Shown: one piece after another, positions 1 through 2,461 of the stretch
How the letters are laid out: the number at the start of each line of letters is the position of its first letter
Position numbering within the stretch: the first letter of the stretch is position 1
IMG/VR virus record: IMGVR_UViG_2671180770_000028
Length of the DNA: 2,461 nucleotides
Direction: 5' to 3' (one strand)
Source: a virus
Lineage: Duplodnaviria > Heunggongvirae > Uroviricota > Caudoviricetes
Translations under genes and position numbers: made by a program
Notes under the pieces: generated by a model
The model's input: only the letters and a program-made list of their open reading frames with translations
Told to the model about the DNA's origin: nothing
Databases searched by the model: none

Positions 1-144
1 GATATGCCTGCCGGTCACGGTCACATGACGCTGGAGTTTTCGGTATCAGCATGGCTGGTGAATAACTGGTATCCCACAGCAAGTATCAGCGATTTGCTTG
101 TTGTGGTGATGAAGAAATCCACCGCAGGTATCACGATTAGCTGA
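1..144 (+). CDS. 3' end of an upstream gene (partial, start lies outside the window); probably the tail-tip/host-specificity J-like gene by synteny with lambda (J-lom-stf)
   Basis: Frame +1 is open from position 1 to the TGA at 142-144 (translation ...[38 protein letters not shown]), while the other two + frames hit stops within the first 65 nt. It lies directly upstream of lom and is followed by an intrinsic terminator. The functional assignment rests on gene order only; I cannot confirm the sequence identity from memory. Confidence 0.4.
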   Translation, partial: DMPAGHGHMTLEFSVSAWLVNNWYPTASISDLLVVVMKKSTAGITIS

Positions 145-163
145 ATTTTATAACCCATATACG

Positions 164-187
164 GGCGCCAGAAATGGCGCCTTTTTT
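164..187 (+). terminator. Rho-independent terminator: 7-bp GC-rich stem (GGCGCCA / TGGCGCC) with a GAAA tetraloop, followed by T6
   Basis: Seen directly: 164-170 GGCGCCA, loop 171-174 GAAA, 175-181 TGGCGCC (exact reverse complement), then TTTTTT at 182-187. It sits 20 nt after the upstream stop codon. Confidence 0.75.
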
Positions 188-211
188 ATTGCAGAAAAGC
201 GAGAGGTAATT

Positions 212-283
212 ATGCGTAAACTTTATGCCGCCATTTTGTCCGCAGCCATTTGTCTGGCCGTATCCGGTGCGCCTGCATGGGCG
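212..283 (+). other. Signal peptide of Lom (24 aa, predicted signal peptidase I cleavage after A-W-A)
   Basis: Positively charged N-terminus (MRK), a hydrophobic core (LYAAILSAAICLAV) and an AxA-type cleavage motif (AWA then S). Read directly from the translation. Confidence 0.75.
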
Positions 284-811
284 TCTGAGCAGCAGGCCAC
301 GCTGAGCGCGGGGTATCTTCATGCCCGGACGAACGCTCCCGGCAGCGATAATCTTAACGGGATTAACGTGAAATACCGTTATGAGTTTACGGACACGCTG
401 GGAATGGTGACGTCATTCAGCTATGCAGGAGACAAGAATCGCCAGCTGACCCGTTACAGCGATACCCGCTGGCATGAAGATTCCGTGCGTAACCGCTGGT
501 TCAGCGTAATGGCGGGGCCGTCTGTGCGCGTGAATGAATGGTTCAGCGCGTATGCGATGGCGGGTGTGGCTTACAGCCGTGTGTCGACTTTCTCCGGGGA
601 TTATCTTCGCGTAACTGACAACAAGGGGAAAATGCACGATGTGCTGACCGGAAGTGATGACGGTCGCCACAGCAACACGTCTCTGGCGTGGGGGGCTGGC
701 GTGCAGTTTAACCCGACCGAATCCGTGGCCATTGATATTGCTTATGAAGGCTCCGGCAGTGGTGACTGGCGCACTGACGGTTTCATCGTGGGGGTCGGTT
801 ATAAGTTCTGA
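212..811 (+). CDS. lom: Lom-like outer membrane protein (Ail/Lom/OmpX/PagC family 8-stranded beta-barrel), prophage lysogenic-conversion gene
   Basis: 199-aa ORF with a GAGAGG Shine-Dalgarno at 201-206, 5 nt before the ATG. The N-terminus is a typical Sec signal peptide (MRKLYAAILSAAICLAVSGAPAWA, then SEQQ). The C-terminus ...VAIDIAYEGSGSGDWRTDGFIVGVGYKF matches the lambda Lom C-terminus as I recall it, ending in the aromatic terminal residue (KF) typical of outer-membrane beta-barrels. The internal GINVKYRYE and SVMAGP..SAYAMAGVA motifs are also Lom/Ail-like. Confidence 0.93.
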   Translation: MRKLYAAILSAAICLAVSGAPAWASEQQATLSAGYLHARTNAPGSDNLNGINVKYRYEFTDTLGMVTSFSYAGDKNRQLTRYSDTRWHEDSVRNRWFSVMAGPSVRVNEWFSAYAMAGVAYSRVSTFSGDYLRVTDNKGKMHDVLTGSDDGRHSNTSLAWGAGVQFNPTESVAIDIAYEGSGSGDWRTDGFIVGVGYKF

Positions 812-837
812 TTAGCCAGGTAACACAGTGTTATGAC

Positions 838-865
838 AGCCCGCCGGTTCAGGCGGGCTTTTTTT
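838..865 (+). terminator. Rho-independent terminator between lom and the tail fiber gene: 8-bp stem, 6-nt loop, T7 tail
   Basis: Seen directly: 838-845 AGCCCGCC, loop 846-851 GGTTCA, 852-859 GGCGGGCT (exact complement), with a T run at 859-865. It lies 27 nt after the lom stop and 12 nt before the fiber ATG. Confidence 0.8.
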
Positions 866-876
866 GTGGGGTGAAT

Positions 877-1206
877 ATGGCAGTAAAGATTTCAGGTGTA
901 CTGAAAGACGGCACAGGAAAACCGGTAGAGAATTGCACCATTCAACTGAAAGCCAGACGGACCAGCAGCACGGTGGTGGTGAACACGGTGGCCTCTGAAA
1001 ATCCGGATGAAGCCGGTCGTTACAGCATGGACGTTGAGTACGGGCAGTACAGCGTTATTCTGTTGGTGGAAGGATTCCCGCCATCCCATGCCGGGACCAT
1101 CACCGTGTATGAAGATTCTCAACCGGGGACGCTGAATGATTTTCTCGGTGCCATGTCGGAGGATGACGTCCGGCCGGAGGCACTGCGTCGTTTTGAACAA
1201 ATGGTG
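877..1206 (+). other. Conserved N-terminal tail-attachment region of the side tail fiber (lambda Stf-like, about 110 aa)
   Basis: Residues 1 to about 110 (MAVKISGVLKDG...GRYSMDVEYGQYSVIL...GFPPSHAGTITVYEDSQPGTLNDFL...) track the lambda Stf N-terminus closely from memory. Similarity falls away once the Ala-rich stalk begins. Confidence 0.7.
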
Positions 1207-2190
1207 GAAGAGGCAGCGCGTCATGCCGGGGAGGCGAAGAAGAATGCCGGAGAGGCAGAGACGTCCGCGAGGAATGCCGGCATATCAGCCAGTCAGGCAG
1301 AAAAGAGCGCTGCACATGCTGACACTTCAGCAGGATATGCATCGGAGTCAGCCCGGCAGGCGGCAGAAAGTGCAGCCTCAGCAAAGCAGTCAGAGGAGGC
1401 GTCCTCGTCCTCGGCTTCTGCGGCCGCTCAAAAAGCCAGTGAGTCATCACAAAGTGCAGCAGAAGCTGAATTGTCAAGAAAGACGGCAGAAAGTGCAGCC
1501 GGTAATGCAGCCAGGGATGCAACGACCGCAACAGAAAAAGCCCGGGAGTCAGCAGAAAGCGCACAGTCAGCGGAACAAAGCAGGATAGCGGCGGAAGAAG
1601 CCGTAAACCGCATCCCCACCGTGGTGGGGCCTCCCGGGCCAAAGGGGGAACAGGGGCCCGCTGGCCCTCAGGGGCCGAAGGGAGATAAAGGAGAGCGTGG
1701 TGACACCGGCCCTGTCGGGGCAACCGGCGAACGGGGACCGGCAGGTGATGCTGGTCCGGCAGGCCCGCAGGGGCCGAAAGGTGACAGGGGAGAGCGGGGA
1801 GAGGCCGGTCTGACGGGAAATGCAGGTCCACAGGGTCCAAAGGGAGATACCGGTGCGGCAGGCCCGGCAGGCCCACGGGGACCGAAAGGAGAAACAGGTG
1901 CGGCTGGCCCGGTAGGGGCAACCGGACCTCAGGGGGCGAAGGGCGACCCGGGGGAGACGCAAATACGGTTCCGTATGGGGCCGGGAAACATTATTGAGAC
2001 AAACAGCAATGGCTGGTTCCCGGATACAGATGGCGCACTCATCACCGGACTGACCTTTCTTGACCCCAAAGATGCCACACGGGTTCAGGTTTTTTTTCAG
2101 CATTTGCAGGTCAGGTTTGGTGACGGGCCATGGCAGGATGTTAAGGGGCTGGATGAAGTGGGCAGTGATACAGGCAGAACAGGAGAATGA
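877..2190 (+). CDS. stf: Side tail fiber protein with a collagen-like triple-helix domain: lambda-Stf-like N-terminal region, Ala/Ser/Glu-rich stalk, 37 Gly-X-Y triplets and a short C-terminal globular domain (prophage-fiber C-terminal type)
   Basis: The ORF-track frame is 871..2190. I place the start at ATG 877 because the product then begins MAVKISGVLKDGTGKPVENCTIQLKARR..., which matches the lambda Stf N-terminus as I recall it (MAVKISGVLKDGTGKPV.NCTIQLKA...); GTG 871 would add two residues (MN). A purine-rich GGGG sits at 868-871. The stop is TGA at 2188-2190. The domain layout is read directly from the translation. Confidence 0.9.
   Translation: MAVKISGVLKDGTGKPVENCTIQLKARRTSSTVVVNTVASENPDEAGRYSMDVEYGQYSVILLVEGFPPSHAGTITVYEDSQPGTLNDFLGAMSEDDVRPEALRRFEQMVEEAARHAGEAKKNAGEAETSARNAGISASQAEKSAAHADTSAGYASESARQAAESAASAKQSEEASSSSASAAAQKASESSQSAAEAELSRKTAESAAGNAARDATTATEKARESAESAQSAEQSRIAAEEAVNRIPTVVGPPGPKGEQGPAGPQGPKGDKGERGDTGPVGATGERGPAGDAGPAGPQGPKGDRGERGEAGLTGNAGPQGPKGDTGAAGPAGPRGPKGETGAAGPVGATGPQGAKGDPGETQIRFRMGPGNIIETNSNGWFPDTDGALITGLTFLDPKDATRVQVFFQHLQVRFGDGPWQDVKGLDEVGSDTGRTGE
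1207..1626 (+). other. Low-complexity Ala/Ser/Glu-rich stalk of the fiber (probable alpha-helical or coiled-coil shaft), carrying internal in-frame DNA direct repeats
   Basis: The translation is dominated by A, S, E, Q and K with recurring AESA, SAAEAE and ARESAESAQSAEQS motifs. An exact 17-nt direct repeat CGGCAGAAAGTGCAGCC occurs at 1361-1377 and 1484-1500, both copies encoding A-E-S-A-A in frame. Confidence 0.65.
1627..1959 (+). repeat. Collagen-like repeat region: 37 consecutive uninterrupted Gly-X-Y triplets (111 aa) within the tail fiber CDS
   Basis: The translation GPPGPKGEQGPAGPQGPKGDKGERGDTGPVGATGERGPAGDAGPAGPQGPKGDRGERGEAGLTGNAGPQGPKGDTGAAGPAGPRGPKGETGAAGPVGATGPQGAKGDPGET has Gly at every third position with no break and is rich in Pro at X and in charged K/R/E/D residues. 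The DNA shows a strong 9-nt-scale GGN-CCN periodicity and raised GC content. Confidence 0.92.
1960..2187 (+). other. C-terminal globular domain of the fiber (about 76 aa; prophage tail-fiber C-terminal domain type; candidate distal receptor-binding or trimerisation cap)
   Basis: After the last Gly-X-Y triplet the sequence becomes non-repetitive and aromatic-containing (QIRFRMGPGNIIETNSNGWFPDTDGALITGLTFLDPKDATRVQVFFQHLQVRFGDGPWQDVKGLDEVGSDTGRTGE), consistent with a folded terminal module. The family assignment is from memory of E. coli prophage collagen-like fiber proteins and is not verified. Confidence 0.55.
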
Positions 2191-2191
2191 C

Positions 2192-2461
2192 ATGAACATA
2201 CTAAAAAAACTTATGCAGCGTCTGTGCGGTTGCGGAAAGCATGATGACCGTGAAAACGGGGAGTTACTTACAGCACAGCTGCGGCTGGGACCGGCAGACA
2301 TTCTGGAGTCAGATGAGAATGGCATTATCCCGGAGCAGGCCAGGGTAATCACGCAGGTGGTGATACTGGATGCGGATAAAAAGCAGATACAGTGCGTGGT
2401 AAGACCGCTGCAAATTCTGCGTGCTGACGGGACGTGGGAAAATATTGGCGGGATGAAATAG
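2192..2461 (+). CDS. Small hypothetical protein (89 aa, acidic, no signal peptide or transmembrane segment evident), translationally coupled to the tail fiber gene; function unknown
   Basis: ATG at 2192 follows the fiber stop codon (2188-2190) by 1 nt, and a strong AGGAGA Shine-Dalgarno at 2181-2186 lies inside the last fiber codons, 5 nt upstream. The ORF ends at TAG 2459-2461. Translation: MNILKKLMQRLCGCGKHDDRENGELLTAQLRLGPADILESDENGIIPEQARVITQVVILDADKKQIQCVVRPLQILRADGTWENIGGMK. Alternative in-frame starts exist at 2153 (with AAGGGG 5 nt upstream) and 2138. I do not recognise the protein. Confidence 0.55.
   Translation: MNILKKLMQRLCGCGKHDDRENGELLTAQLRLGPADILESDENGIIPEQARVITQVVILDADKKQIQCVVRPLQILRADGTWENIGGMK

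Noticed and set aside
94-211. Possible sigma70 promoter for lom (TTGCTT at 94-99, TATAAC at 149-154, TTGCAG at 189-194)
   Set aside because: No -35/-10 pair has acceptable 16-18 bp spacing, and the TATAAC element would initiate straight into the terminator hairpin. I cannot support a specific promoter call from sequence alone.
137-322. 61-aa minus-strand ORF spanning the terminator and the lom start
   Set aside because: It overlaps the lom signal-peptide region and an intrinsic terminator on the opposite strand, has no ribosome-binding site and gives no recognisable protein. It is a chance ORF.
413-670. 85-aa minus-strand ORF inside lom
   Set aside because: It is antisense to a confidently identified Lom CDS, with an Arg/His-rich translation and no start context.
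871-876. GTG at 871 as the tail fiber start (ORF-track start)
   Set aside because: Starting at ATG 877 gives an N-terminus MAVKISGVLKDG that matches the lambda Stf start as I recall it, whereas GTG 871 adds two extra residues (MN) and leaves almost no spacer after the purine-rich stretch. 871 remains a possible alternative.
1100-1921. Long minus-strand ORF (273 aa) antisense to the fiber gene; similar ORFs at 892..1224 (-), 1428..1619 (-), 1567..2352 (-) and the + strand alternative-frame ORF 1136..1588
   Set aside because: All lie entirely inside the well-supported fiber CDS. Their translations are Pro/Arg/Leu/His-rich low-complexity strings typical of out-of-frame reading of GC-rich, Gly/Ala-codon-periodic DNA, and they lack ribosome-binding sites. 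They are open because of codon periodicity, not because they are genes.
1627-1959. Periodic repeat that might be mistaken for a CRISPR array or tandem satellite
   Set aside because: The periodicity is 9 nt (Gly-X-Y codon triplets) inside a continuous ORF, with no repeat-spacer structure of 25-40 nt units. It is protein-coding collagen-like repeat.
2060-2191. 5' extension of the downstream small ORF (ORF-track start at 2060, a TTG) overlapping the fiber C-terminus by about 130 nt
   Set aside because: The extension translates to a Cys/Arg/Trp/Phe-rich string (MTPKMPHGFRFFFSICRSGL...) that looks like out-of-frame sequence, and TTG is a poor start. The ATG at 2192 has a strong AGGAGA site at ideal spacing and abuts the fiber stop. 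I kept the extension only as context for the T8 slippage observation.

Overview
This window reads as a piece of the late (tail) region of a lambdoid prophage of an enterobacterial host, with everything on the + strand. It contains the 3' end of an upstream gene (1..144, probably the J-like tail-tip gene by synteny), an intrinsic terminator, a complete lom gene (Ail/Lom outer-membrane beta-barrel, 212..811), a second intrinsic terminator, a complete side tail fiber gene (877..2190) and a small uncharacterised ORF (2192..2461) translationally coupled to the fiber gene. The fiber has a lambda-Stf-like N-terminal region, an Ala/Ser/Glu-rich stalk, 37 uninterrupted collagen-like Gly-X-Y triplets and a short globular C-terminal domain. 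I see no rRNA, tRNA, CRISPR array or transposase. The most interesting items are the collagen-like mosaic fiber, the unknown small ORF at the tail-fiber cargo position, and a T8 homopolymer inside the fiber gene. No complete novel multi-gene system is visible inside the window; if one exists it most likely begins at or beyond the 3' edge. All homology statements come from reading the translations and from memory of the protein families; no database search was run.
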